A stretch of DNA of 64,000 bases, taken from positions 11,602-75,601 of the forward strand of contig JBAYIR010000002.1 in NCBI GenBank assembly GCA_041665505.1, in the 5' to 3' direction. The stretch is from Patescibacteria group bacterium. GTDB taxonomy: Bacteria > Patescibacteriota > Patescibacteriia > UBA1558 > GWA2-36-10. Of this stretch, positions 16,656 to 26,677 are shown piece by piece (position 1 is the stretch's first letter; each line of letters begins with the position of its first letter). Made by a program: the position numbers and the translations under genes. The notes under the pieces are model-generated. The model was not told the DNA's origin. It did no database searches and was given only the letters and a program-made list of their open reading frames with translations.

Positions 16656-16687
16656 AACACCCATTCGACTAGAGTGGGTGTTTTTTG
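16656..16687 (+). terminator. Terminator hairpin, copy 2 of the 32-bp direct repeat
   Basis: AACACCCATTCGACTAGAGTGGGTGTTTTTTG, one mismatch to 15549-15580. Confidence 0.8.
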
Positions 16688-16700
16688 ATATAATTGATTT

Positions 16701-17582
16701 ATGAAAATGTCTGGCAAGTATATACTAGCTACTATAATATTTACCGCCCTAACAGGTGGTGCTGTACCTGTATTTAGTAAAATAACTCTCGCCGAAATAC
16801 CACCACTTACCTTTACCTTTCTTCGTTTTGTAATAGCCACCCTTATCTTATTGCCATTTTATCTTAAAGTAAGGCAACCAATCGGAAAAGATTTTTGGAA
16901 AATATTTGGTTTATCTCTACTAGCGATGGGAAACGTTGTGTTTTTTTCTTTTGGTATCAAGCAAACCTCAGCTGGAATAGCTCAAGCCATATATACTCTA
17001 AGTCCTATACTAACGGCTATATTTGCTTACTTTATCATTAAAGAGCCTTTCAATACTAAAAAAATCACAGGTATAATACTAGGACTGGCCGGCGCGGCGT
17101 TAATTGTTTTGCTTCCATTATTAACTAATGACCTACCTATAAATTATCTAATTGGAAATATATTAATAATCATTGCTACTATCTCAATAACTATTTACAC
17201 AGTTTTATCTAAGCCTTTTCAAAGAAAATACCACCCTATAGAGATTACTACATTCTTTTCAATAACTACGGTGATAATTCTTTTTTTCTTGTCTATATTT
17301 GAACTATCAGGAAATACAAATTGGTGGCAAAATATATCATTACCTGGATTTTTAGGATTGCTATATGTGGGTTCTATTGGTACATCAATTTATTATCTAC
17401 TGACTCAATATATTATAAAACATACTAGCCCTGTATTAGCCTCAATGATTTTGTATATACAACCTTTCGCCGCTATACTATGGGCTTATTTATTTCTCAA
17501 AGAAACAATTTCTGCAATTTTTGTTATTGGAATTGTTCTGGTTTTAAGCGGAATCTGGCTGACTATAAACTCAAAAAAATAA
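16701..17582 (+). CDS. EamA/DMT family transporter
   Basis: IPPLTFTFLRF, SPILTAIFAYFIIKE, QPFAAILWAYLFLKE. Confidence 0.9.
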   Translation: MKMSGKYILATIIFTALTGGAVPVFSKITLAEIPPLTFTFLRFVIATLILLPFYLKVRQPIGKDFWKIFGLSLLAMGNVVFFSFGIKQTSAGIAQAIYTLSPILTAIFAYFIIKEPFNTKKITGIILGLAGAALIVLLPLLTNDLPINYLIGNILIIIATISITIYTVLSKPFQRKYHPIEITTFFSITTVIILFFLSIFELSGNTNWWQNISLPGFLGLLYVGSIGTSIYYLLTQYIIKHTSPVLASMILYIQPFAAILWAYLFLKETISAIFVIGIVLVLSGIWLTINSKK

Positions 17583-17586
17583 TTTT

Positions 17587-18255
17587 ATGAAAGACATCAT
17601 CAATCCATTTCATTTAAACAACGAACCAATCAGTGCCTTAACTCACTTGATAGGTCTAGCCCTAGCTATGATTGCTATGATTGTCATGGTTATACTAGCT
17701 ATACTTAAAGGTACAGCTATGCATTTTGTTGGTTTTTCTATTTTTGGACTAAGTCTAGTGTTACTTTATACTTCTAGTTTTTTCTACCATATACTCCCCC
17801 AAGACACCAAAGTTAAAGAAATATCTCAAAGGATAGATCATGCTATGATATTTTTTTTGATTGCTGGATCCTACACACCAATCTGTCTGACCATTGATAA
17901 TCGCAAAGCTGGCTGGACATTGCTCATTACTATTTGGTCAATCTCTATTGTGGGAATGATTATCAAATCAATTGGTATAAAAATAAAGTCTTGGAAATCA
18001 ACTATAATTTATATTTTACTAGGCCTACTGATGCTAACCGCTATTTACCCCTTGAGGGAATGGCTATCTGCACCAGCTATGTTGTGGTTATTTGGTGGTG
18101 GTAGTCTTTATATTATTGGCGCCATATTTTATATCTGGGAAGATTATATGCCAAGACGCTATCGCTTTGATATGCATGAAATTTGGCATATTTTTGTTAT
18201 GCTCGGCAGTTTTAGCCATGTCTATTTGATGATAATATATATTTTATACCTATAA
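17587..18255 (+). CDS. Hemolysin III / PAQR family membrane protein
   Basis: EPISALTH, SSFFYH, RIDHAMIFFLIAGSYTP, HEIWHIFVMLGSFSH. Confidence 0.9.
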   Translation: MKDIINPFHLNNEPISALTHLIGLALAMIAMIVMVILAILKGTAMHFVGFSIFGLSLVLLYTSSFFYHILPQDTKVKEISQRIDHAMIFFLIAGSYTPICLTIDNRKAGWTLLITIWSISIVGMIIKSIGIKIKSWKSTIIYILLGLLMLTAIYPLREWLSAPAMLWLFGGGSLYIIGAIFYIWEDYMPRRYRFDMHEIWHIFVMLGSFSHVYLMIIYILYL

Positions 18256-18257
18256 AT

Positions 18258-19490
18258 ATGCTTTATGATCTGATAGTTATTGGTGGCGGACCAGCTGGTA
18301 TGATGGCAGCTGGAGTAGCAGCTGAAAAAGGCGCTAGTGTCTTGCTACTGGAAAAAAATGACCGACTAGGCATCAAATTACTCATTACTGGTAAAGGTAG
18401 ATGTAATATCACTAATGCCGATTTTGATAATAAAAAACTAATAGATATTTTCGGCAAAAATGGCCGTTTTTTATTTTCCGCCTTAAACAAATTTGGTAAT
18501 CAAGATATTATTGATTTTTTTAATAGTAGAGGTCTAGCTACTAAAATAGAAAGAGGCAATCGCGTTTTCCCACAAGCTGATTCCTCTCTGGATGTCTTGG
18601 CCGTTTTGAAAAATTATCTAGCTGAAGGCCATGTCAAAATACAAACTAGAGTGCAAATCAAATCTATCGTCAAAAAAAATAATCTAATCAGTAAGATTAT
18701 ATTAGCTGATCAGAGTGAGCTACAAGCCAAAAAATATATTATTGCTACTGGTGGAAAATCATACCCTATGACTGGCTCTAGTGGTGACGGCTACATTTGG
18801 CTCAAAAATTTGGGTCACACTATAGTTACTCCTATGCCAGCGCTAAGCCCTATACTAATCAAAGAAAAATTGGTCAAAGACTTAGAAGGCTTAAGTCTTA
18901 AAAATGTTAGTATTAGTATCTATCAAAATAATAAAAAAATAGACTCCCGTTTTGGTGAAGCACTTTTTACCAATGATGGTATGAGTGGGCCAATAATCAT
19001 AGATATGAGCAAAAATATCGGCTTAGCACTAAAACAAGGAGCTGTCCGACTAGAGATTGATTACAAAGCAAGTTTAGATTTTAAAACTTTGGATAAGCGC
19101 CTACAAAATGATTTTGCCAAGTCCAACAACAAACTATTTAGAAACAGTCTGAGTGACTTATTACCTGCTAAGCTAATTCCCTTAATTATCAGACTCTCGG
19201 CTATAAATCCTGAGAAAAAAGCCAATGCTATCACCAAAGATGAAAGAAAAAAATTAATCCATCTTCTAAAAAATTTTGAATTAAATGTCAAAGCTTTATA
19301 TGGTTTTAATAAAGCTATAGTCACCGCCGGTGGAGTCAGTCTCAAAGAAGTAGATCCTCAAACTATGCAATCTAAAATAATAAAAAACCTCTACCTAGTA
19401 GGCGAGATTTTGGATTTAGATGGACCAACTGGTGGCTACAATCTACAAGCTTGCTGGAGTACAGGATATTTAGCTGGCCAAAGTATCTAA
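18258..19490 (+). CDS. HI0933/BaiN (YhiN/RdsA-like) FAD-dependent oxidoreductase, copy 2
   Basis: VIGGGPAG, TGKGRCNITN, ATGGKSYPMTGSSGDGY, GEILDLDGPTGGYNLQ. Confidence 0.9.
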   Translation: MLYDLIVIGGGPAGMMAAGVAAEKGASVLLLEKNDRLGIKLLITGKGRCNITNADFDNKKLIDIFGKNGRFLFSALNKFGNQDIIDFFNSRGLATKIERGNRVFPQADSSLDVLAVLKNYLAEGHVKIQTRVQIKSIVKKNNLISKIILADQSELQAKKYIIATGGKSYPMTGSSGDGYIWLKNLGHTIVTPMPALSPILIKEKLVKDLEGLSLKNVSISIYQNNKKIDSRFGEALFTNDGMSGPIIIDMSKNIGLALKQGAVRLEIDYKASLDFKTLDKRLQNDFAKSNNKLFRNSLSDLLPAKLIPLIIRLSAINPEKKANAITKDERKKLIHLLKNFELNVKALYGFNKAIVTAGGVSLKEVDPQTMQSKIIKNLYLVGEILDLDGPTGGYNLQACWSTGYLAGQSI

Positions 19491-19492
19491 AA

Positions 19493-21181
19493 TTATTCTA
19501 AAATTTTTAATACTCCTCTATCAAAGGTGAGAATACCTAGCTCACCTTGTTTTATTTTGTCCCTTGTTTCTGGCTCTGGAATTAGACGAATAATATTGGC
19601 TTTATAATTTTGATAATTATAATTCCACAGTTCCCAATAGACATTGTTCATGTTAATAGAAGTAATGCCAGTCACTACAAAACTGCCATCAACACTTTCA
19701 CCAAACCAACCATGGTCATCTTGTCGCCATTTAAGCAGCTGATTATTTTGATTATTTTTATTTACTTCTACATAAGCCAAAGTCGTTAAAATATTAGGAT
19801 GATTGTTGGGATAATAAATTTCTAAAGCTTGATTTAAATTGTTTCTAAATACTTCTGCCCCCATGAAATTATCTGGCAAAGCCACGGTCAAAAAACTTTG
19901 GCCATTTTTGGTGTTTAAATCTTTATAACTGGTGACAATCTGCTGACTCAAGCTGCTAGCTTCATTCCAAATACTTAATTTATAAATATTAATACCTAAA
20001 GACAAAATAATAAAAATACCCAAAAGCGCCATACTAAATTTAAAATTTATTTTAAAATCTTTAAGCGCTATTATCAACCAAATCACAAAAAAAGAAGTAG
20101 CTAAATACAAATATCTTTCTCCCCCAAAACTGCTATGGTGTAAGCCCGTTACTAAAACTGGCGCTAATATAAACAATAAAGCTATCAAACTAGTGGCTTG
20201 TAATGTTTTTTTCTTTAACAAAGTCATGAGAAAATAAAGTGCCAAAATTGCCAAAACCACAATCACTACTGATTCTTTGTAATGATAAATCGCTTTATAA
20301 ATTATGGTCCTTAAAAAGCCAAAAGACACAAAATCTCCACCAAAAGCTGCCAAATTAGCTGTCCAATCCAAATAAGAAAAACCGAGTTTGGTGCTGGCAT
20401 AATAGCCAAAAACCAAACCAATAGAAAGATATCTCAAAAGCAGAAATAAAGCCAAAATAGCAAAATAAATTAATACATAAGGCCTATTATTTTTATTTTT
20501 TCCTAAACTAGAATAAAAATACATTTCCCAAATCATTATTACTAAAGGCAGAGATATAGCTATTTCTTTGGTCAACAAGGCCAAAATAAAAAACAAGACA
20601 GAATAAATTAATTTTGACCAAGCTTTATTTTGTCTGAAGGTCGAAGACCTTGAGCGAAGTCGAAAGGAAAAATAGCTAACTAAAGATAATAAATAAAAAA
20701 ATGTAGCCCAGAGATGTGGCCAAGCAGCTAGCCAAGAAATTACTTCCACGTGAATGGGATAAAGTAAAAACAAAATCCCGGCTAAGAGAGCTAATTTTTT
20801 AAAATTTTTAAACCCGACTAGTTCAAATATTTTTTGAGCTAAGACATAAAGCAAAAATCCATTGCTAGCGTGTAATACTATACTCAGCAAATGGTAGCCA
20901 AAATAATTGGTATTAAATAAGCTATAGAAAAACTTAAATATTAACACCAAAAAAGGATTGTATGAACCACCGTCATGAGTGCCTAGATAATTGGTCAAAA
21001 ATGTTTGCCAGCTAATCTGACTATCTCTAGCTATAACTAGCCAATGGAAATCATCTGAAGCAAAAAAATTATTTAATATTTGACCAAAAACCAAAATAGC
21101 CACAAACAAAAAAATCAACCATATAGAAAAATCTTCCAGCTGGTGATTTTTTTTAAAAAAATTCATATTGAAGGGAGGCAA
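19493..21181 (-). CDS. Polytopic GT-C-like (PMT/ArnT/TMTC-type) membrane glycosyltransferase
   Basis: First-loop DD (FASDDF), YHLLSIVLH, PIHVEVISW, ALLTKE and ERYLY, with about 12 TMs. Confidence 0.7.
   Translation of the reverse strand: MPPFNMNFFKKNHQLEDFSIWLIFLFVAILVFGQILNNFFASDDFHWLVIARDSQISWQTFLTNYLGTHDGGSYNPFLVLIFKFFYSLFNTNYFGYHLLSIVLHASNGFLLYVLAQKIFELVGFKNFKKLALLAGILFLLYPIHVEVISWLAAWPHLWATFFYLLSLVSYFSFRLRSRSSTFRQNKAWSKLIYSVLFFILALLTKEIAISLPLVIMIWEMYFYSSLGKNKNNRPYVLIYFAILALFLLLRYLSIGLVFGYYASTKLGFSYLDWTANLAAFGGDFVSFGFLRTIIYKAIYHYKESVVIVVLAILALYFLMTLLKKKTLQATSLIALLFILAPVLVTGLHHSSFGGERYLYLATSFFVIWLIIALKDFKINFKFSMALLGIFIILSLGINIYKLSIWNEASSLSQQIVTSYKDLNTKNGQSFLTVALPDNFMGAEVFRNNLNQALEIYYPNNHPNILTTLAYVEVNKNNQNNQLLKWRQDDHGWFGESVDGSFVVTGITSINMNNVYWELWNYNYQNYKANIIRLIPEPETRDKIKQGELGILTFDRGVLKILE
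20632..20667. repeat. REP-like palindromic element in frame inside the GT-C gene
   Basis: GTCTGAAGGTCGAAGAC-CTTGAGCGAAGTCGAAAGG, 36 bp. Encodes FRLRSRSSTFRQ in an inter-helix loop. Confidence 0.6.
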
Positions 21182-21184
21182 ATA

Positions 21185-21643
21185 TTAAAAAGATATTTTT
21201 AGCATCGATAAAGTAACAATAATTTGAAAAGGCACTCCATAAACTATGGAATACTGCCAATCAAAAAGATTATGCAACTTACCGTGATAAATTATATACC
21301 AATAAAATTTGGTCAGCTTGAAGTGTTCTATGACTATCCAAGCGACATCAGGCAACCAAGTACCAAAGACTGCTGAATAAAGTACATAAGGGTTTACCAC
21401 TGGACCATTCTGAACAAAAAAATATATCAATAAGACAGCCAATACGACATCAACAAAGGCTACTTTCATTCGATATATAAATTTTTCCTTCTTATCTTCT
21501 ATATGATCATCTAACTTTTCATCGCCATGAGGAATCATATCAAATACAAAATGAGACACTACCCCCAATATAAAAGCCAAAACTGGATCAGTGATTTTGG
21601 TACTAATCCACAAGGCGGCTGATGTGTGTGCTGTTATAAACAT
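21185..21643 (-). CDS. Membrane protein, metal-dependent-hydrolase-like
   Basis: MFITAH...SHFVFDMIPHGD...LPD...H..H. Start moved to ATG 21643 (leaderless, after TG-n-TATTAT). Confidence 0.6.
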   Translation of the reverse strand: MFITAHTSAALWISTKITDPVLAFILGVVSHFVFDMIPHGDEKLDDHIEDKKEKFIYRMKVAFVDVVLAVLLIYFFVQNGPVVNPYVLYSAVFGTWLPDVAWIVIEHFKLTKFYWYIIYHGKLHNLFDWQYSIVYGVPFQIIVTLSMLKISF

Positions 21644-21678
21644 ATACTCTATAATATCATAAAAAGATGGGAAATAAA

Positions 21679-21704
21679 ATAGCCCTTTCAAGTGAAAGGG
21701 CTAT
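21679..21704 (-). terminator. Terminator after rpoD
   Basis: ATAGCCCTTTCA-AG-TGAAAGGGCTAT perfect inverted repeat. Confidence 0.7.
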
Positions 21705-21713
21705 AATAAATCT

Positions 21714-23135
21714 TTAATAATCCCTTAATTTTCTCATATCTTCGTGTTTTTTGATGCGCTCCAAAGCTTTAGCTTCAATTTGTCTAATACGCTCACGGGT
21801 CACTCCAAATTCTTGTCCTACTTCTTCCAAAGTGTGAGCTACACCATCACTTAGACCAAATCTCATTTCCAATATTTTTTGTTCACGTGGGGTCAAATCA
21901 CCAATTATCTTACGCACATGGTCTCCCAAAAGTTTTAAAGCAGCTACCCTATCTGGACCAATATTTTTCTCATCTTCAATAAAATCTCCTAAGGTGCTAT
22001 CTTCATCGTCATCACCGACTGAGGCTTCTAGCGATACTGTCTCTTGGGAAATTTTTATAATCTGTCTAATCTTATCAATATCTTCACCCATCTCAGCGGC
22101 AATTTCTTCTGGCAATGGATCACGACCAAGCTCTTGAACCAAACGACGCTCAATCTGATTGAAACGATTGATAGTCTCTACCATATGAACTGGAATACGA
22201 ATGGTTCTAGATTGATCAGCCAAAGCCCGAGTAATAGCCTGACGAATCCACCAAGTAGCATAAGTAGAAAACTTGTAACCTTTGCGATAATCAAATTTCT
22301 CTACGGCTCGAAACAAACCAATATTTCCTTCTTGAATAAGATCTAGTAAAGTCAAAGAGCGACCAGTAAATTTTTTGGCAATAGACACTACCAAACGAAG
22401 GTTGGCTTCGATTAATTTTTTCTTGGCTTCCAACTCTCCTTTTTCTTTACGCTTGGCCAAGGCCATTTCTTCTTCCGAATTGAGTAGCGACACTTTACCA
22501 ATTTCTCGCAAATACATTTGTATAGAGTCAGCGGCAATATCAGTCAAGTCACCTCTTTTGGTATCACTACCTACTCCAGATTTTGATAGTAAGGCTGAGT
22601 TATCTGTGGCCATATCCAAAATATTGCCTTCTGTCACCACCACTTGAATAGCTAAATCTTCCAATTTATCTAGCAACTCTTCTAATTGAGGAACATAATC
22701 TTCTAAATTATTAAAAACACGCAAGACCTCATTTTCGGTAATAAAACTACGAGAATGAGCCTTCTTAATCAAAAGCGCCACCGCTGCTTCATCTAATTTA
22801 GATTTAGCGGCTTTGATTTTGGCTGGATTTTTTTCTCGCAAACGGGACCCCGCTACGCGTGGGTTAACTACTGACTTTTCACCTACTAGCTTCTTGCTAT
22901 GGTGAACTACTTTGACAGCCTTTTTGGCTGGATTTTTTTTCAGTGTTGTTTTGGTGCCAGTGACCTTCTTAGAAGGATGGACTGATTTTGAAACAACAGC
23001 TTTACGTACCTTACTAGGTTTGTTGGCACTAGCTTTTTGACTAGTGTTTTTTTCCCGCGCACGGGATCCCGCTACGCGTGGATTGACTAGCTTAGTGCTA
23101 ATCTTTTTTTTAGTTGTAGTTTTTTTGACAGGCAT
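21714..23135 (-). CDS. rpoD: Primary sigma factor RpoD with Lys-rich N-terminal extension
   Basis: [55 protein letters not shown]...TRERIRQIE. Confidence 0.97.
   Translation of the reverse strand: MPVKKTTTKKKISTKLVNPRVAGSRAREKNTSQKASANKPSKVRKAVVSKSVHPSKKVTGTKTTLKKNPAKKAVKVVHHSKKLVGEKSVVNPRVAGSRLREKNPAKIKAAKSKLDEAAVALLIKKAHSRSFITENEVLRVFNNLEDYVPQLEELLDKLEDLAIQVVVTEGNILDMATDNSALLSKSGVGSDTKRGDLTDIAADSIQMYLREIGKVSLLNSEEEMALAKRKEKGELEAKKKLIEANLRLVVSIAKKFTGRSLTLLDLIQEGNIGLFRAVEKFDYRKGYKFSTYATWWIRQAITRALADQSRTIRIPVHMVETINRFNQIERRLVQELGRDPLPEEIAAEMGEDIDKIRQIIKISQETVSLEASVGDDDEDSTLGDFIEDEKNIGPDRVAALKLLGDHVRKIIGDLTPREQKILEMRFGLSDGVAHTLEEVGQEFGVTRERIRQIEAKALERIKKHEDMRKLRDY
22834..22863. repeat. 30-bp GC-rich double-hairpin element in frame in rpoD (copy A)
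   Basis: TCTCGCAAACGGGACCCCGCTACGCGTGGG, encoding [10 protein letters not shown]. Confidence 0.75.
23053..23082. repeat. 30-bp GC-rich double-hairpin element in frame in rpoD (copy B)
   Basis: TCCCGCGCACGGGATCCCGCTACGCGTGGA, encoding [10 protein letters not shown]. Confidence 0.8.
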
Positions 23136-23137
23136 GT

Positions 23138-24928
23138 TTAGCTCTGTAATTTAAAAGCCTCTTTATTAATTAAATTTATTTTGTGAGATAACTCGTCTTG
23201 TTTTTGATGGTCATCAGACATTTCAGCTTGCCTTAGCTTATCTATCAAGTCTTGTCTTTGCAGATCTAATGACGCTTTTTTGAGCCTAAAAATCAAATTT
23301 TGGAAGTCACTGGCAATATCTATTTCTTTGGCTTCATGATAATCCTTTTCTCCAAACATAGATAGCCTAATCCATGTTTCCTTTTCTTCTAGGCTCAATT
23401 GCTCAAAATCACCAAATTTTTCCAAATTCTGATGCTTAGTATAATAAATAATCACTTTTTTGTAAAGGTCTTGAAGACCTTCCACTATCATGTCTGGATC
23501 AAGCTCTGAAATCAGTTTGTCTAAATATTGATTTTTATAAAAAGCAATAGTCAGTATCATTTCTGATAAAAGAGTAGCTGAATCTTTTTTATCTTGAACT
23601 ATTTTCTGAACAGCGATGTCTTGTTTTTCTAGAAAAGAGGTTGTCCCTTCTAAATCTTTTTTTAATATCTCAAAAGGTACTTGTAATTTATCAGACAATA
23701 TCTTCAAATAATGTACTTGTTCTATTTCTGTTTTTAAATATTTGATAATTGGTAATAATTTTTGAACGGCAATTTTTTTGTGATCCGCTCTATTTATATC
23801 GATAGCCTGAAATATTCTTTTAAAATAATAATCCATCACTGGTATAGAATCTTTGATAAATTGTAGCCACTGATCTGGATTATCTTTGATGATATCAGCT
23901 GGGTCTTTGCCTTTGGGTAAAACCAATATTTTGACATTCATGTCTTCTTGCCAACATAAGGCAATAGATCTAAAAGAAGCACGAGAGCCAGCGGCATCAC
24001 CATCAAAAGCTAATATCATATTATTGGCGTAGCGCTTGATTAGTTTGATATGCTCAATAGTCAAAGCTGTACCTGACACTGCTATAGTATTTTTGGCGCT
24101 AGTCTGATGGGCAGAAATAACATCCATATTGCCTTCTACTACAATCAAATATTTCTTTTTGCGCATTAGCTCTTTAGCTAAGTGCCAACCGTATAATATC
24201 TTACTCTTATCATAAATCAAAGTCTGTGGACTATTTATATATTTGCCACCTTGTTCTTCTTCATCATAGACAATACCCGCTAAAGAGCGCGAAGTAAAAG
24301 CTACTACTCTACCCTGAGTATCAGAAATAGGAAACATCAAACGTTTTCTAAAACGATCCACATAGCCACTACCATCTTTTTTCTTGACTGTTAAGCCCGC
24401 TTTAAAAATATCTTCTTGGCTATATTTAGCATCAACTAAATATTTAAACAAACTATCCCAAGACTCAGGTGAGAGCCCTAATTGCCAATTACTAATACTA
24501 TCGGCTTTGATTTGACGCTTGTCTAGATAGGCCAAAGTCTTTTGGCTAGCTGGGCTATTTTCTTCTAAAATAGTATGAAAAAATTCAGCCGCCGCTTTGT
24601 TGATAGCATATAATTTGCTATTGTCTTCTTTTTTGGAACTGCTAAAACCAGTTAAAACTACATTGGCTTTTTCCGCTAAAATACGAATAGCTTCTTTAAA
24701 TTCTATGCCTTCATATTGTTCAACAAAACTAATCAAATCACCGCCCTTATCACAGCCAAAACAATGCCAAATCTGCTTTTCACGAGAAACCATAAAACTA
24801 GGCGTTTTTTCATTATGAAATGGGCAAACAGCCTTAAAATTACCACTAGATTGTTGGAGGTTTATATAAGAAGATACTATATCCACAATATCAAGCCTAT
24901 TTTTTATTTCTTCCACTGGGTTCATCAT
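23138..24928 (-). CDS. dnaG: DNA primase
   Basis: Zn finger [11 protein letters not shown]...[34 protein letters not shown] and FDGDAAG. Confidence 0.97.
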   Translation of the reverse strand: MMNPVEEIKNRLDIVDIVSSYINLQQSSGNFKAVCPFHNEKTPSFMVSREKQIWHCFGCDKGGDLISFVEQYEGIEFKEAIRILAEKANVVLTGFSSSKKEDNSKLYAINKAAAEFFHTILEENSPASQKTLAYLDKRQIKADSISNWQLGLSPESWDSLFKYLVDAKYSQEDIFKAGLTVKKKDGSGYVDRFRKRLMFPISDTQGRVVAFTSRSLAGIVYDEEEQGGKYINSPQTLIYDKSKILYGWHLAKELMRKKKYLIVVEGNMDVISAHQTSAKNTIAVSGTALTIEHIKLIKRYANNMILAFDGDAAGSRASFRSIALCWQEDMNVKILVLPKGKDPADIIKDNPDQWLQFIKDSIPVMDYYFKRIFQAIDINRADHKKIAVQKLLPIIKYLKTEIEQVHYLKILSDKLQVPFEILKKDLEGTTSFLEKQDIAVQKIVQDKKDSATLLSEMILTIAFYKNQYLDKLISELDPDMIVEGLQDLYKKVIIYYTKHQNLEKFGDFEQLSLEEKETWIRLSMFGEKDYHEAKEIDIASDFQNLIFRLKKASLDLQRQDLIDKLRQAEMSDDHQKQDELSHKINLINKEAFKLQS

Positions 24929-24955
24929 GTACTTATATTAGGTCAAATCCTCTTA

Positions 24956-25411
24956 TTAGTCAAAAGACTGCTCCAGGCTCAGCAGGGTGGCTTTTTTAGC
25001 TAATCCACCAGCATAACCAACTAGCTGTCCACTGCCTCCTAGCACTCTATGGCAAGGGATAATAATAGGAATCTTATTCTGGTTGACTGCCCCGCCTACT
25101 GCTCGAGCGGCTTTAGCATTACCAGTCATAGCCGCCAAATCACCATAAGATATAATACTAGCGTAAGGAATTTTTGACAGATTCAATAGAACTTTTTGCT
25201 GCCAAATAGTGCCAGATAATTTAACAGGCACCTCAAAAACCCGACGCTGGCCATTGAAATATTCTTTTAGCTCAATAACACACTGTTTAGTCAGTGTGTT
25301 ATCTTTGGATTTCTTAATATTTTTGACAAAATTGATAGCCAAGATATCTCGCTCATCAGCTACAATTTCTAAAATACCAAGAGGTGAATTGTAGTAAGAA
25401 AAATGTAACAT
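24956..25411 (-). CDS. ogt: Methylated-DNA-protein-cysteine methyltransferase
   Basis: ARAVGGA and active-site IIIPCHRV. Confidence 0.9.
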   Translation of the reverse strand: MLHFSYYNSPLGILEIVADERDILAINFVKNIKKSKDNTLTKQCVIELKEYFNGQRRVFEVPVKLSGTIWQQKVLLNLSKIPYASIISYGDLAAMTGNAKAARAVGGAVNQNKIPIIIPCHRVLGGSGQLVGYAGGLAKKATLLSLEQSFD

Positions 25412-25413
25412 TA

Positions 25414-26361
25414 TTATAATCTGACTGGAGCTGGCTCTAACTTACTATCAATAGTTGATAAAACCTTTCGGCTGAAACATTCATAGCCAGCATCATGAAG
25501 GATTAGATCTGAGCCATAGTAAGCATAAGAATTATTATCCTTATTATCTAAATTTGAGTTTAAAAAATCTGTACAAATCTTGTATTCATCAGCTGCTATT
25601 ATTGTATATTCATAAACCTTACCAGTGGAAGGATTATTGATGTTATCCATAGTTATCATTCTTTTTTCTGTGTCGCTAGCTAAAATTTGGATATTTTCTG
25701 GTAGAGAATTATTTAAAGTATAATAATCACGGATAGCCCAATGGATTTGATTCAAATCATTAGTTATTTCACTATCAATTTTTATCTTTCTAGTTTCTTG
25801 AGGGGAGTCAACATTAAACCAAGAGAATATAAATACCACCACTACTACTACCAAAGAAATCCAAGCATATAAACTAATTACTTTATCTTTTTTAGCTTGG
25901 ACTTCCTCTCTTCTAATATCATAAAAATAAAAAGAAAAAACTGTTCCAGAAATTATCAAAGCGGTAAGAGTTTTTAAAATAAATTTGGTAGTTAAATCGC
26001 CATCTAAGAAACTATTAATAGTAGCTATTAAAAATCCAATCATCACTACTACTGAAATCAACATGATGAAATAGGTCAACCATTTGCGGACTCCAGCATC
26101 TTTATCCAAATTACCAGCAAATAAATTTTTGTAAATTTGACGAGAAGTGAAATAATAAATTGGAGCAGCTACAATAATAGCAGAAATGGCAAATTTCATA
26201 GCTCCGTCATTATAACTAGCCGCATAGTTATTTATAATATCTATTATTTCCTTATTGATGATTTGAAAAACTATTATGCCAACTGAAATTGACATAAAAA
26301 CTAAAGCCACTAGTGATAGCAAATAAAGAAATGCATATTTAGCGGCATCGTGTTTAACCAT
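25414..26361 (-). CDS. DUF5671-like membrane protein
   Basis: KYAFLYLLSLVAL, VRKWLTY, 5 TMs and a C-terminal SP...R/YEY...Y.IC domain. Confidence 0.6.
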   Translation of the reverse strand: MVKHDAAKYAFLYLLSLVALVFMSISVGIIVFQIINKEIIDIINNYAASYNDGAMKFAISAIIVAAPIYYFTSRQIYKNLFAGNLDKDAGVRKWLTYFIMLISVVVMIGFLIATINSFLDGDLTTKFILKTLTALIISGTVFSFYFYDIRREEVQAKKDKVISLYAWISLVVVVVVFIFSWFNVDSPQETRKIKIDSEITNDLNQIHWAIRDYYTLNNSLPENIQILASDTEKRMITMDNINNPSTGKVYEYTIIAADEYKICTDFLNSNLDNKDNNSYAYYGSDLILHDAGYECFSRKVLSTIDSKLEPAPVRL

Positions 26362-26436
26362 AAATTTATAAATTATTTTTATTAAATATCTACTCTTAGT
26401 ATATTATATCCCCTCTAAACTAGCAAATCTGCTAAT

Positions 26437-26667
26437 TTAACCATTAACTTTTTTTGATTTAAATAATCTGACAAAATGAGCAACAGCTGAAATAGTAAAT
26501 ACTACCTGCAAAACAACAAAAATCCACTCTTTAATATGATAACTATAAACAAATAAGGCTATGCCGCCTAAAATGTAAAGTAAATCTTCAATATATTTCT
26601 TTTGCCAAAATACTCCCACAGAGATAATCGTTAAGCCTAAAATACCAACAAATTTATAAATATCCAT
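26437..26667 (-). CDS. Small 3-TM membrane protein
   Basis: Hydrophobic 76-aa protein from ATG 26667. Confidence 0.6.
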   Translation of the reverse strand: MDIYKFVGILGLTIISVGVFWQKKYIEDLLYILGGIALFVYSYHIKEWIFVVLQVVFTISAVAHFVRLFKSKKVNG

Positions 26668-26677
26668 ACTTTTATTA

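Noticed and set aside
17587-18255. Hemolysin III as a virulence toxin
   Set aside because: This is a widespread PAQR-family membrane protein, and the name does not imply a toxin role here.
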